Part shown: positions 8,025 through 16,496 of the stretch, piece after piece | Layout: each line of letters starts with the position of its first letter | How positions within the stretch are numbered: position 1 is the first letter of the stretch | From: Anaerovoracaceae bacterium | GTDB lineage: Bacteria > Bacillota > Clostridia > Peptostreptococcales > Anaerovoracaceae | DNA length: 64,000 nt | Direction of reading: 5' to 3' | Assembly (NCBI GenBank): GCA_045599945.1 | Contig: JAZRWY010000029.1 | Span: 6-64,005, forward strand | Notes under the pieces: generated by a model | What the model was told of the DNA's origin: nothing | What the model saw: only the letters and a program-made list of their open reading frames with translations | The model's database searches: none | Position numbers and translations under genes: made by a program

Positions 8025-8615
8025 TTATCTGATGTTTACCATTGTTTTAGACATGCTGCCCGGATTCTTTTTTTCTTCCAGATCATTTACGCTTTCCACA
8101 ACAATTGTATCCTTCGGTGCCTCTTCATTTCCCGGAAGGTTCTTTACAAGCTCATCTGCATCCAGGAACAGCTCAGAACTCAGAGCATCGAATCTCTCCA
8201 GTTCATTTTCCAGAAGGTTTCTGTATTTTTCTCTGAGGGTTGAAATCCTGCTTCTGATTTCCTTGCTTTCATCAATCAGTCTTTCGCTGGTTTCTCTGGC
8301 TTCTCTCTTCAGAAGGTCTGCATCCAGCTCGGCATTCTTCATCAGGACTTCTGCTCTCTTTTCAGCACTTGCCGAAATGTCATTCATCAGTTTCTTTGCA
8401 GTTTCCAGTGTATCAAGAATCTGCTCCTCTGAAGATTTGGTGGAAGAAAGTTCTTCCTTGATTTTCTTGTTCTCTTCTTTTAAGGCTTCATTTTCCTTAA
8501 TGATATTTTCCATTTCCAGAATGACAAGATTCAGGAAATTATCCACCTCTTCCTTATTGAATCCTCTCATCGATGTTGAGAACTGTTTTTCCTGTATCTC
8601 AAGTGGTGTAATCAT
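8025..8615 (-). CDS. divIVA: DivIVA-domain cell-division protein
   Basis: Begins MITPLEIQEKQFSTSMRGFNKEEVDNFL, followed by a long coiled coil. Confidence 0.9.
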   Translation of the reverse strand: MITPLEIQEKQFSTSMRGFNKEEVDNFLNLVILEMENIIKENEALKEENKKIKEELSSTKSSEEQILDTLETAKKLMNDISASAEKRAEVLMKNAELDADLLKREARETSERLIDESKEIRSRISTLREKYRNLLENELERFDALSSELFLDADELVKNLPGNEEAPKDTIVVESVNDLEEKKNPGSMSKTMVNIR

Positions 8616-8627
8616 CGTTTTTCTCCT

Positions 8628-8903
8628 TTAAATCATCGTGATTATTCTAAGCAGCACATCTCTTGCGAGTATGAGTACCAGGCATGCCAGAAGCACAGAC
8701 CAGTCAAACATTCCGCCGCTGAATCTATCTGTCAGTTTTCTGCATGGCTTGACCAGAAACTCCGTCAGCGCACAGGAGATTTCATATGCCTTCTCCACCA
8801 GCGGGGAGTTGAACTGAAAGAGCCAGGTGCAGACAGCCCTTACTACAAGAAGTGCAAAGAGTATGTTTGTTACCAGAATAACCAGTTTTGCTGCAATTAT
8901 CAT
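8628..8903 (-). CDS. yggT: YggT-family membrane protein
   Basis: 91 aa with two TM segments, located between sepF and divIVA as in the ylm cluster. Confidence 0.85.
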   Translation of the reverse strand: MIIAAKLVILVTNILFALLVVRAVCTWLFQFNSPLVEKAYEISCALTEFLVKPCRKLTDRFSGGMFDWSVLLACLVLILARDVLLRIITMI

Positions 8904-8917
8904 ATCCAGTCCCAGCC

Positions 8918-9382
8918 TTACTTAATATATGCAAAGGTCTTGTGGTCTGTACCTGAATTGATATCCACATTTTCCGGTGCAAATACAAAGATGTTATTTG
9001 CGATCTTCTGTACATTTCCATTCAGGGCATAAGTTGCTCCGCTGAGAAAATCGAAGATTTTTCTTGCAACATCTCCTTCCAGTTTTTCCAGATTTACAAT
9101 GACCGGTTTTCTGCTCTTCAGATTATCTACAAGAGCGGGGGCTTCTTCAAATCCCTTTGGTTCAAGAACTACCATCTTGAACGGATGTGTGTTTACTGAA
9201 GTACTTCTTGGCATGTTTACTACCTTACTTTCTTTTGATTCAGACTTTCTTGGCTCAAATACTCTGGCCGGCTCTTTCTTTTCCGTCTTTGTCTCTGCAG
9301 CTGCAACTTCTTCTTCGTAGAATTCATCTTCGTCAAATTCCTCGATCCCTACAAGATCCTTAAACTTATCTACCAAACTCAT
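8918..9382 (-). CDS. sepF: cell division protein SepF
   Basis: 154 aa with an acidic N-terminus. Contains PKGFEEAPALVDNLKSRKPVIVNL and FVFAP. Confidence 0.9.
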   Translation of the reverse strand: MSLVDKFKDLVGIEEFDEDEFYEEEVAAAETKTEKKEPARVFEPRKSESKESKVVNMPRSTSVNTHPFKMVVLEPKGFEEAPALVDNLKSRKPVIVNLEKLEGDVARKIFDFLSGATYALNGNVQKIANNIFVFAPENVDINSGTDHKTFAYIK

Positions 9383-9397
9383 GACTATTCCTCCTTA

Positions 9398-10099
9398 TTA
9401 TTTTTTACTGTAGTCTCGTTCGCCGAAAATGGCAGTGCCGACACGAATCAGGTTAGCACCTTCCAGAATTGCTACGCCAAAGTCGTGTGACATTCCCATT
9501 GATAAATATTTAAAATCCAGATGCTCATGCTCTATCTTTGAGAACTCATCATACTGTTTTTTCACATCAGCAAAATACTTTCTGATGTCTTCCGGATCAT
9601 CCGCCGCCGGTGCAATGCACATCAGACCTCTGATGCGAATATTATCGCACTGTTCCAGAATATCCCGGATCAGGCCTTCCGTCTCATCCAGAGAAATCCC
9701 GAACTTGCTTTCTTCTTCCGCGGAATTTACCTGAAGAAGAATATCCATGGTGATGCCATGCTGCCCGGCTCTCTTGTCAATTTCCTTTGCCAGATGCAGA
9801 GAATCGACAGAATGAATCATCGATACCTTATCAATGATATATTTCACCTTGTTTGTCTGAAGATGCCCGATCAGATGCCACCGGACCGGCTTGACATGCT
9901 CAAACTTGTCCATGACCTCCTGGACCTTGTTTTCACCGATGTCCGTTGCTCCTGCATCGATGGCTTCATTGATCTCCTCAGCCGTTCTTGTTTTGGTTAC
10001 CGCACAGAGAAGTACATCTCCGGGATCCCTGCCCGACTGCACAGTGTATTCATCTTTGATTCTGTTGATCTGATCCATATTTTCCTTTATACTGCCCAA
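9398..10099 (-). CDS. yggS: YggS-family pyridoxal-phosphate homeostasis protein
   Basis: Contains LCAVTKT (the PLP lysine), HLIGHLQTNKVKY and LSMGMSHDF. Confidence 0.9.
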   Translation of the reverse strand: MGSIKENMDQINRIKDEYTVQSGRDPGDVLLCAVTKTRTAEEINEAIDAGATDIGENKVQEVMDKFEHVKPVRWHLIGHLQTNKVKYIIDKVSMIHSVDSLHLAKEIDKRAGQHGITMDILLQVNSAEEESKFGISLDETEGLIRDILEQCDNIRIRGLMCIAPAADDPEDIRKYFADVKKQYDEFSKIEHEHLDFKYLSMGMSHDFGVAILEGANLIRVGTAIFGERDYSKK

Positions 10100-10114
10100 A
10101 ACTCTTCACCTCAC

Positions 10115-11089
10115 TTACGGATTTCTTAATATTTCATCATATAAATCAACTGTACTTACCCGCTGTCCGTCGGCATCATAATAGACACCTTCCGAAATGA
10201 CGCTCTGCTTGTCTGTACTCAGCAGAATGTTGATCGGAACAAATACATACTCTCCTGTTATGTCCCGCACATATACGCCGCTGATTCCATCCTTTTCCTG
10301 AATGCAGGTATTATCCACAATCAGTCCGGTTCTTTCCTTTGTAATAATTTTTACTTCCTCTGTTCTGGAGACTGCAAGCTTCGCATAATATCTGTCGCTG
10401 GAGATGATGATTCTTACTTTGCCATCCTCCTGAAGCTTTTTTCCGTAAACAGAAGCCGATACTTCTGCATCCTTGAACCGGATGGTTACGCCATTTCCTT
10501 TTTTATATTTTTCTGCCGCCTTCTGACTCACCCATGCAACCAGATACCATTTGGAATTGTCATAGACCTTATACACGGGTTCTCCTTCTGCGACACGTTC
10601 TTTTTTCAGGTTTGTGAAATCATCCACGATTCCGGAAACGTCCGATTCCTTCAGTTCATCCATTTTATCCGGGCACAGCATTCCCTCATAGCCGTCAATG
10701 CTGTAGCTCAGAACACCGTTGAGCCCTGCTCTGTATTCGGTGGTCCGGATGTCCATGTTGTCCAGCATCCCAATGAGTTTTGTGAATTTCGGCGTATCTT
10801 TCGCGTCCTTTTCGCCGGCCACCTCCATGACGATGGCCATCTTGCGCACTTTTGTCCCTTCGTCCACCTTGTATTTTGTATTGCCGGTATATCCGGAGGT
10901 ATACACCTTTTCATTCCGTATGACATATCCGGTCACATTGTCCGATATGGACAGGCTCCCGTGTTCTGCCATGATGGTTTTGGTCATCTGGTCATTGACT
11001 TTCGGAAGAAGATAGATGACAAGAAGCAATACAACAAGAAGGATGACATAAATGTATACCAGTCTGTTCCTTTTTTTCTTTTTTGTCAT
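10115..11089 (-). CDS. N-terminally membrane-anchored protein, HlyD-family-like (putative)
   Basis: 324 aa with a KKKKRNR motif plus one TM helix, followed by a beta-rich extracytoplasmic part. The family call is tentative. Confidence 0.6.
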   Translation of the reverse strand: MTKKKKRNRLVYIYVILLVVLLLVIYLLPKVNDQMTKTIMAEHGSLSISDNVTGYVIRNEKVYTSGYTGNTKYKVDEGTKVRKMAIVMEVAGEKDAKDTPKFTKLIGMLDNMDIRTTEYRAGLNGVLSYSIDGYEGMLCPDKMDELKESDVSGIVDDFTNLKKERVAEGEPVYKVYDNSKWYLVAWVSQKAAEKYKKGNGVTIRFKDAEVSASVYGKKLQEDGKVRIIISSDRYYAKLAVSRTEEVKIITKERTGLIVDNTCIQEKDGISGVYVRDITGEYVFVPINILLSTDKQSVISEGVYYDADGQRVSTVDLYDEILRNP

Positions 11090-11098
11090 AAAACACCT

Positions 11099-11290
11099 CT
11101 AGTCCTCTATCAAGGCAGTCTTCACATCCGCAGATTTCAGAACCGCCCGGATCCGCTCATATTCATCAATGTCGATTATTACATAACGGCCACGTCCGTT
11201 TTTGGTAAGAAACACCGGCTCGCCGATATCAATGTCGCGAAGCACTTCGTTGTAGTTTCTCAGATCTGAAACAGGCTTGATCTTTGGCAT
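11099..11290 (-). CDS. Phd/YefM-family antitoxin-like small protein (no adjacent toxin)
   Basis: 63 aa. MPKIKPVSDLRNYNEVLRDI...PVFLTKNGRGRYVIIDIDEYERI matches the Phd/YefM N-terminal fold signature. SD is GGAAAGGAG. Confidence 0.75.
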   Translation of the reverse strand: MPKIKPVSDLRNYNEVLRDIDIGEPVFLTKNGRGRYVIIDIDEYERIRAVLKSADVKTALIED

Positions 11291-11322
11291 GCGAAAACTC
11301 CTTTCCTAGTTTATATATTTAC

Positions 11323-11350
11323 ATTGTAACAAATTATTCGTAAAATGCAA
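11323..11350 (-). promoter_or_regulatory. promoter of the phd-like / division cluster (TTGCAT-16-TGtTACAAT)
   Basis: The minus strand reads TTGCAT tttacgaataatttgt TACAAT, with an extended -10 TG. Confidence 0.65.
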
Positions 11351-11447
11351 CATAATTTTTATCTTATATTTCATCAAATGATTAATATTAATATTTTATT
11401 ATTAATTTTACAATATATATTACTTAATATATTACGAATATCCCCAT

Positions 11448-11475
11448 AAAAAAACAGCCGTCTTTTCAGACAGCT
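11448..11475 (-). terminator. intrinsic terminator after trmD
   Basis: The minus strand reads AGCTGTC-tgaaaa-GACGGCT followed by TTTTTTT. It starts at the trmD stop codon. Confidence 0.8.
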
Positions 11476-12256
11476 ATTCTTCCAATATTTCATCAAAGAT
11501 CCGGTGCTCCTCTTTGGATAGGATTTTCGGTTTTCTGACGCCCTGTTCTCTTTCTTTTTGCTCCAGTTCCAGAATCTTCTCCACATATGCCTGAAAAAGA
11601 TCGGGCCTGCGCGCCTTTGTCAGCCTCAATGACTGTTCATATTTCCAAAGGGCAATGTTCTTGTGATTCCCCGACAGAAGCACCTCCGGCACATCGCGTC
11701 CTTCATAGCTTCTTGGCTGGGAATACTGGGGATATTCCAGGAGCCCGGAATAGATGGACTCCTCCATGGCAGATGCTTCTTTTGGAAGCACGCCGGGCAC
11801 AAGCCTTGCGACTGCATCGATTAAAACCATGCAGGGCAGTTCTCCTCCCGTCAGCACATAGTCTCCAATGGATACCTCTTCCATGTTCCATTCCTCAAGA
11901 ACCCTCTGGTCCACTCCTTCATAATGACCGCAGAGAACGACAAATTCCTCTTCTTTCGAAAGATTCATCAGATATTCCCGGTCCATCATCTTTCCCCGCG
12001 GGGACATGTACAGAATTCTCTTTCCTTCCGCCCCGATGGCTCTCAGGCAGTCAAAGACCGGCTGCGGGCAGATTACCATTCCCTGTCCGCCGCCAAAAGG
12101 CGTATCGTCCACTCTGTTATGCTTATTCTTTGTATATTCCCGGAAATCATGGGTTCGAACTTCCAATATTCCTTTTTCTGCAGCTCTTCCCAAAATGCTG
12201 GAACCCAGAACAGGTCCGAACATTTCCGGAAACAGTGTCAATATATCAATCTTCAT
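11474..12256 (-). CDS. trmD: tRNA (guanine37-N1)-methyltransferase
   Basis: Begins MKIDILTLFPEMF; also contains DDTPFGGGQGMV and GHYEGVDQRV. ATGA overlap with rimM. A charged C-terminal extension of about 25 aa is present. Confidence 0.93.
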   Translation of the reverse strand: MKIDILTLFPEMFGPVLGSSILGRAAEKGILEVRTHDFREYTKNKHNRVDDTPFGGGQGMVICPQPVFDCLRAIGAEGKRILYMSPRGKMMDREYLMNLSKEEEFVVLCGHYEGVDQRVLEEWNMEEVSIGDYVLTGGELPCMVLIDAVARLVPGVLPKEASAMEESIYSGLLEYPQYSQPRSYEGRDVPEVLLSGNHKNIALWKYEQSLRLTKARRPDLFQAYVEKILELEQKEREQGVRKPKILSKEEHRIFDEILEE

Positions 12257-12750
12257 CCGTCCAGCAGCCCTTCTATTACTTTTACTGTGATTGCTCTCTC
12301 TTCCAGATCTGTCCTGCGGATAAATGCATCCACCCCCGGAATATAGCATTCCTTTCCGTCCGGTTTCTTTACAACATAGACAGGCTGGGCAGAACTTTTC
12401 AGAATATCTGTCAGAATGCCGATTTTTTCTCCTTCTTCTGAAACCACATCAAATCCGAGAAGATCCCGGATGTAATAGGTCCCTTCCGGCAGCTTCGGAA
12501 GCTGCTCCGGATCAATGAAGACTTCCTTTCCTCTCATCTTTTCCGCTTTGTCACGGTCGTCGACACCTTCCACCAGAAGGACAACAACATTTTTCTGTAT
12601 TCTGGATTTCACCAGCGGATATTTTTCCTTTCCCGCATAGATATATTCAAATCTCTGATAACGGCTCATGTCTTCTCCCAGATCATGCACCTTGAATTCA
12701 CCTTTCAGGCCAACCGCTCCTACAATTTCACCAATTTTTATTCTTTCCAT
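12253..12750 (-). CDS. rimM: 16S rRNA processing protein RimM
   Basis: Begins MERIKIGEIVGAVGLKGEFKV after an AGGAGA SD. The C-terminus resembles a PRC barrel. Confidence 0.9.
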   Translation of the reverse strand: MERIKIGEIVGAVGLKGEFKVHDLGEDMSRYQRFEYIYAGKEKYPLVKSRIQKNVVVLLVEGVDDRDKAEKMRGKEVFIDPEQLPKLPEGTYYIRDLLGFDVVSEEGEKIGILTDILKSSAQPVYVVKKPDGKECYIPGVDAFIRRTDLEERAITVKVIEGLLDG

Positions 12751-12818
12751 TTTTTTCTCCTGATAAATCAGAGGCACATACCCTGAAGTATGTGCCATGT
12801 AAGCAGTCTTGGTCATTG

Positions 12819-13055
12819 TTATTGAACAATCTCTACAACTACCTTTTTATTCGCCTTAGTTGCCGCTGCCTTTACAACACTTCTCAAAGCTTTTGCAATT
12901 CTTCCCTGCTTGCCTATAACCTTGCCCATATCATCAGGCGCAACCTTAAGTTCAATTACCACGGTAGAATTTCTTCCGGCTTTTTCTGTAACTTCAACGG
13001 CATCTGGGTTCTCTACAAGTGATTTGGCAATCACTTCTACCAGTTCAACCATCAA
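12819..13055 (-). CDS. ylqC: KH-domain RNA-binding protein (YlqC family)
   Basis: 78 aa containing MGKVIGKQGRIAKALR (a GXXG KH motif). Located between rpsP and rimM. Confidence 0.9.
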   Translation of the reverse strand: MMVELVEVIAKSLVENPDAVEVTEKAGRNSTVVIELKVAPDDMGKVIGKQGRIAKALRSVVKAAATKANKKVVVEIVQ

Positions 13056-13068
13056 TACTCACCGCTTT

Positions 13069-13311
13069 CTACTTGATAATACCAGTGCTCTTGAATAACT
13101 TCTTTACAGTCTCTGTAGGCTGCGCACCGTCCGATAACCACTTCTGTGCCTTTTCTTCGTCAATCTTGACTGTTTTAGGCTCTGTCATTGGATCGTAATA
13201 TCCGATCTCCTCAATGAATCTGCCGTCTCTTGGTGCCCTTGCATCTGCTACAACAACTCTGTAAAAAGGCTTTTTATGAGCGCCCATTCTTTTTAATCTG
13301 ATTTTTACCAT
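13069..13311 (-). CDS. rpsP: 30S ribosomal protein S16
   Basis: Begins [34 protein letters not shown]. Confidence 0.96.
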   Translation of the reverse strand: MVKIRLKRMGAHKKPFYRVVVADARAPRDGRFIEEIGYYDPMTEPKTVKIDEEKAQKWLSDGAQPTETVKKLFKSTGIIK

Positions 13312-13371
13312 TATGATTCCTCCTAAATGATTGTAATATATTTTTTTAAAACTTCAGTAAAGTTCAGTTTA

Positions 13372-14709
13372 CTAGAACAAACCTTTGAATGCGCCTTTAC
13401 GCTTGAATTTTCCGCCGGTAAAGGAGCGCATCATCTTTTTTGTATCTTCATACTGCCGGATCAGCTGGTTGACTTTGGAAACCGGCTGTCCGCATCCTGC
13501 AGCAATCCTCTTTCTCCTGCTAGAATTGAGAATTTTCGGATTGTCTCGTTCTTCCTTTGTCATGGAAAGAATGATTGCTTCCATTCTGGCAAAATCCTTC
13601 TCTGCCTTTTCCACGTCAACGTCCTGTTTCTGTCTCGAGGAGATGCCGGGCATCATATCCAGCATGGAACCCAGTCCGCCCATGGTTTTAATCTGTGCCA
13701 TCTGCTCCAGATAATCCTCCAGTGAGAAGGTGTTTTTCCGGATCCTCTCCTCCAGTCTTGCTGCTTTTTCCTCATCGATGGTATCCTGCGCTTTTTCAAC
13801 AAGCGTAACGATATCTCCCATGCCCAGGATTCTGTTTGCCATCCGCTCCGGATGGAACGGTTCAAGCGCATCAAACTTTTCACCCGTACCGATGAACTTG
13901 ATTGGCTTTCCTGTGACGGATTTTGCAGAAAGTGCTGCGCCGCCTCTGGCATCGCCATCCAGTTTTGTCATGATAATGCCGTCAACGCCCAGCTTATCGT
14001 TAAAGCCTGCAGCTGCATTGACTGCATCCTGGCCGGTGAGAGCATCCAGCACCAGAAGAATCTCATGCGGCTTTATTTCCTTCCGGATTCTTACCAGTTC
14101 TTCCATCAGTTCCTCATCGATCTGAAGACGTCCTGCCGTATCCACAATGAGCACGTTATATCCTCTGACTTCTGCTTCTCTGACTGCCGCCTCTGCAATC
14201 TTTTCCGGTATCTTCTGACTTCTGTCGGAATATACGGGAACATCCACCTGTCTGCCAACGGTCTCCAGCTGGTCAATGGCTGCCGGACGGTAGACGTCAC
14301 AGGCACACAGCATCGGTTTCTTTCCCTCTGCCTTCAGATAGTTCGCCAGTTTTCCGCAGGTCGTAGTCTTACCGGTACCCTGAAGACCTACCATCATGTA
14401 GATGGTAAATCCCTTTGGAGAATATGTCAGTTTGCTGTTTGCTCCTCCCATCAGAGCTGCCAGCTCATCATTTACAATTTTTACAATCTGCTGTCCGGGT
14501 GTCACGCTCTTGAGAACCTCTTCTCCAAGCGCTTTTTCCTTGACTGTCTTGACAAAGTCCTTGACAACCTTGAAATTGACATCGGCTTCCAGAAGCGCCA
14601 GCTTGATCTCCCGCATTGCTGCATTGACATCTGCCTCTGTAATGACGCCTTTGCCCTTCAAACCTTTAAATACACCCTGCAGTTTATCGGATAAACCTTC
14701 AAATGCCAT
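13372..14709 (-). CDS. ffh: signal recognition particle protein Ffh
   Basis: Contains GLQGTGKTTT and DTAGR, with a methionine-rich M domain (MGGLGSMLDMMPG). Confidence 0.96.
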   Translation of the reverse strand: MAFEGLSDKLQGVFKGLKGKGVITEADVNAAMREIKLALLEADVNFKVVKDFVKTVKEKALGEEVLKSVTPGQQIVKIVNDELAALMGGANSKLTYSPKGFTIYMMVGLQGTGKTTTCGKLANYLKAEGKKPMLCACDVYRPAAIDQLETVGRQVDVPVYSDRSQKIPEKIAEAAVREAEVRGYNVLIVDTAGRLQIDEELMEELVRIRKEIKPHEILLVLDALTGQDAVNAAAGFNDKLGVDGIIMTKLDGDARGGAALSAKSVTGKPIKFIGTGEKFDALEPFHPERMANRILGMGDIVTLVEKAQDTIDEEKAARLEERIRKNTFSLEDYLEQMAQIKTMGGLGSMLDMMPGISSRQKQDVDVEKAEKDFARMEAIILSMTKEERDNPKILNSSRRKRIAAGCGQPVSKVNQLIRQYEDTKKMMRSFTGGKFKRKGAFKGLF

Positions 14710-14712
14710 GTT

Positions 14713-15069
14713 CTACTCCATCTGATCAATCTCGGACCGTATTTCTTCCAATGCTTTCACAAAGCATTGGTTTTCCTCATTGTCTTCAATGAGGACTTCC
14801 AGTTTGCCATCAATGGAGGCAATCAGCCGATTGGTTTCTTCAAACCTTTCCACCAGTCCAAGTTTTTCTTCATAGCCAAGGAGTGCCTTTTCCGCTTTTT
14901 TCAGCGTATCATGGACGCCCTGGCGGGATATTCCGAATTCTTCTGCGATTTCTGAAAGAGAAAGGTTTTCCTCATGATAGAGCTGCATGACTTCTCTCTG
15001 ACGATTGGAAAGAAGCTGTCCATAAAAATCATACAGAAGACTCACTTCCAGTACATTGTTAAATATCAT
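14713..15069 (-). CDS. ylxM: YlxM/p13-like helix-turn-helix protein (UPF0122)
   Basis: Contains LLYDFYGQLL...LSLSEIAEEFGISRQGVHD. Located upstream of ffh. Confidence 0.9.
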   Translation of the reverse strand: MIFNNVLEVSLLYDFYGQLLSNRQREVMQLYHEENLSLSEIAEEFGISRQGVHDTLKKAEKALLGYEEKLGLVERFEETNRLIASIDGKLEVLIEDNEENQCFVKALEEIRSEIDQME

Positions 15070-15102
15070 TGTTCTACCCTCTCTTCATAAACTCGCTTGT
15101 AT

Positions 15103-15131
15103 ACTCTAACACAGCCCAGAATAGATGTCAA
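15103..15131 (-). promoter_or_regulatory. promoter of the ylxM-ffh-rpsP operon (TTGACA-17-TGtTAGAGT)
   Basis: The minus strand reads TTGACA tctattctgggctgtgt TAGAGT. Confidence 0.6.
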
Positions 15132-15245
15132 GCATTTTTGCTTAACACCAGAAAATTTTTTATAAATACTCCCATTGTTTTAAAAATACTGAAAAAATAC
15201 AATTATTGTGCTATACTTATTGTGTTAGAAAGAGGAGACAAAGAC

Positions 15246-15968
15246 ATGACAGAACTACTTTTCACAATTGTAATATTCATCTCCATGTTCATTCAGGCAG
15301 TAACCGGCTTTGGAGGACCTCTTCTCGCCATGCCTCTGGCCATTGTCATATCCGGCGTTACATTATCCAAGCCGGTTGTCACCATCTGTGCATGGATTGC
15401 AGGTGCTCTTGTTGCCGTCCCGATGTGGAAGGAGATCAACTGGAAAGAAATGTGGAAGATGACAGGCATCATGCTGATTGGTGTCATTGCCGGCATGTGG
15501 GTTTTTGAAACCGTTAACATGAGTTTCCTTCTCATTCTCTATGCCGTTGTTGTCTTCGGCATCGGTGTCAAGAAGATGTTCTTCCCCAGCAATGGAAATC
15601 TTCCAAAGAGCATTCAATATACCTGTCTCGGTGCTGCAGGCATCATGCAGGGGCTCTTCATCTCAGGCGGCTCATTCCTTGTCGTATATGCACTGGAGCG
15701 CCTGAAGGAAAAATCCGAATTCAGGGCAACCCTGTCTGCTGTATGGACATTACTCAACACATATATCATCGCCACCTATGTTTTCAACGGAATTCTGACG
15801 CCTCCGGTTTTGAAACTCACCGGAATTGTCATCATTCCGGAGCTGATTGCCATCTTTCTGGCAGGAAAGTTCACAAAGAAACTGAATCAGACCATGTTTC
15901 TGAAAGTCACCTATGCCATTCTGATTGTATCCGGCATTGTGCTCTTCATCAACAGCATGACATCATAA
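15246..15968 (+). CDS. TauE/SafE-family anion exporter (membrane protein)
   Basis: 240 aa with about 7-8 TM segments. Begins MTELLFTIVIF after an AGAGGAGA SD. The upstream part of ORF 15069 was rejected because it has no SD and overlaps the promoter. Confidence 0.75.
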   Translation: MTELLFTIVIFISMFIQAVTGFGGPLLAMPLAIVISGVTLSKPVVTICAWIAGALVAVPMWKEINWKEMWKMTGIMLIGVIAGMWVFETVNMSFLLILYAVVVFGIGVKKMFFPSNGNLPKSIQYTCLGAAGIMQGLFISGGSFLVVYALERLKEKSEFRATLSAVWTLLNTYIIATYVFNGILTPPVLKLTGIVIIPELIAIFLAGKFTKKLNQTMFLKVTYAILIVSGIVLFINSMTS

Positions 15969-15971
15969 AAA

Positions 15972-15990
15972 AAGCCCCGAATCGGGGCTT
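15972..15990. terminator. bidirectional intrinsic terminator
   Basis: AAGCCCCG-aat-CGGGGCTT, flanked by an A-run upstream and T residues downstream. It lies between convergent genes. Confidence 0.85.
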
Positions 15991-15993
15991 TCA

Positions 15994-16470
15994 TTATTCC
16001 GGAAGTTTTGTCACGTCAATCCATTCCAGAGCCTTTGAATATTCAAAGAGTTCGTCGCAGGTAAATTCCGCTGCGCTGTTTGAACTTCCGCAGGCAGGAA
16101 ATACCGTTTCAAATCTTTTCAGAGACTCATCTGCATAGACGAGCACATTCTCATTTTCAAAACCGAAGGCGCAGACACCGCCAACGGCATGACCGGTGAA
16201 TTCTATCACCTCGTCGGGCGTCAGCATCTTTGCCTTGCATCCAAAGAAATCCTTATACTTTCTGTTATCTATTCTTGCATCTCCTGCAACCTGAATCAGA
16301 ATGGCACGACCTTCCTTATCTTTAAAAGACAAGGTTTTGCAGATTCTGGCGCCTTCCACACCTACAGCTTCCGCTGCCAGGTCCACCGTTGCGGAGGATG
16401 CGTCAAATTCCATGATGCGATCTTCAATTCCCAGCCGTTTAAAACTTTCTCTTACTTTATCGATTGCCAT
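15994..16470 (-). CDS. YbaK/EbsC-family aminoacyl-tRNA editing domain protein
   Basis: Begins MAIDKV after an AAAGGAGAAAG SD. Contains CKTLSFK and TGHAVGGVCAFG. Confidence 0.8.
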   Translation of the reverse strand: MAIDKVRESFKRLGIEDRIMEFDASSATVDLAAEAVGVEGARICKTLSFKDKEGRAILIQVAGDARIDNRKYKDFFGCKAKMLTPDEVIEFTGHAVGGVCAFGFENENVLVYADESLKRFETVFPACGSSNSAAEFTCDELFEYSKALEWIDVTKLPE

Positions 16471-16496
16471 GCTTTCTCCTTTCTCCAGAAATCCCA

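Noticed and set aside
10115-11089. The gene downstream of the Phd-like antitoxin as its cognate toxin
   Set aside because: The product is a 324-aa protein with an N-terminal TM anchor and an HlyD-like beta-rich ectodomain. It resembles none of the Doc, YoeB, RelE, ParE or other small cytoplasmic toxin families.
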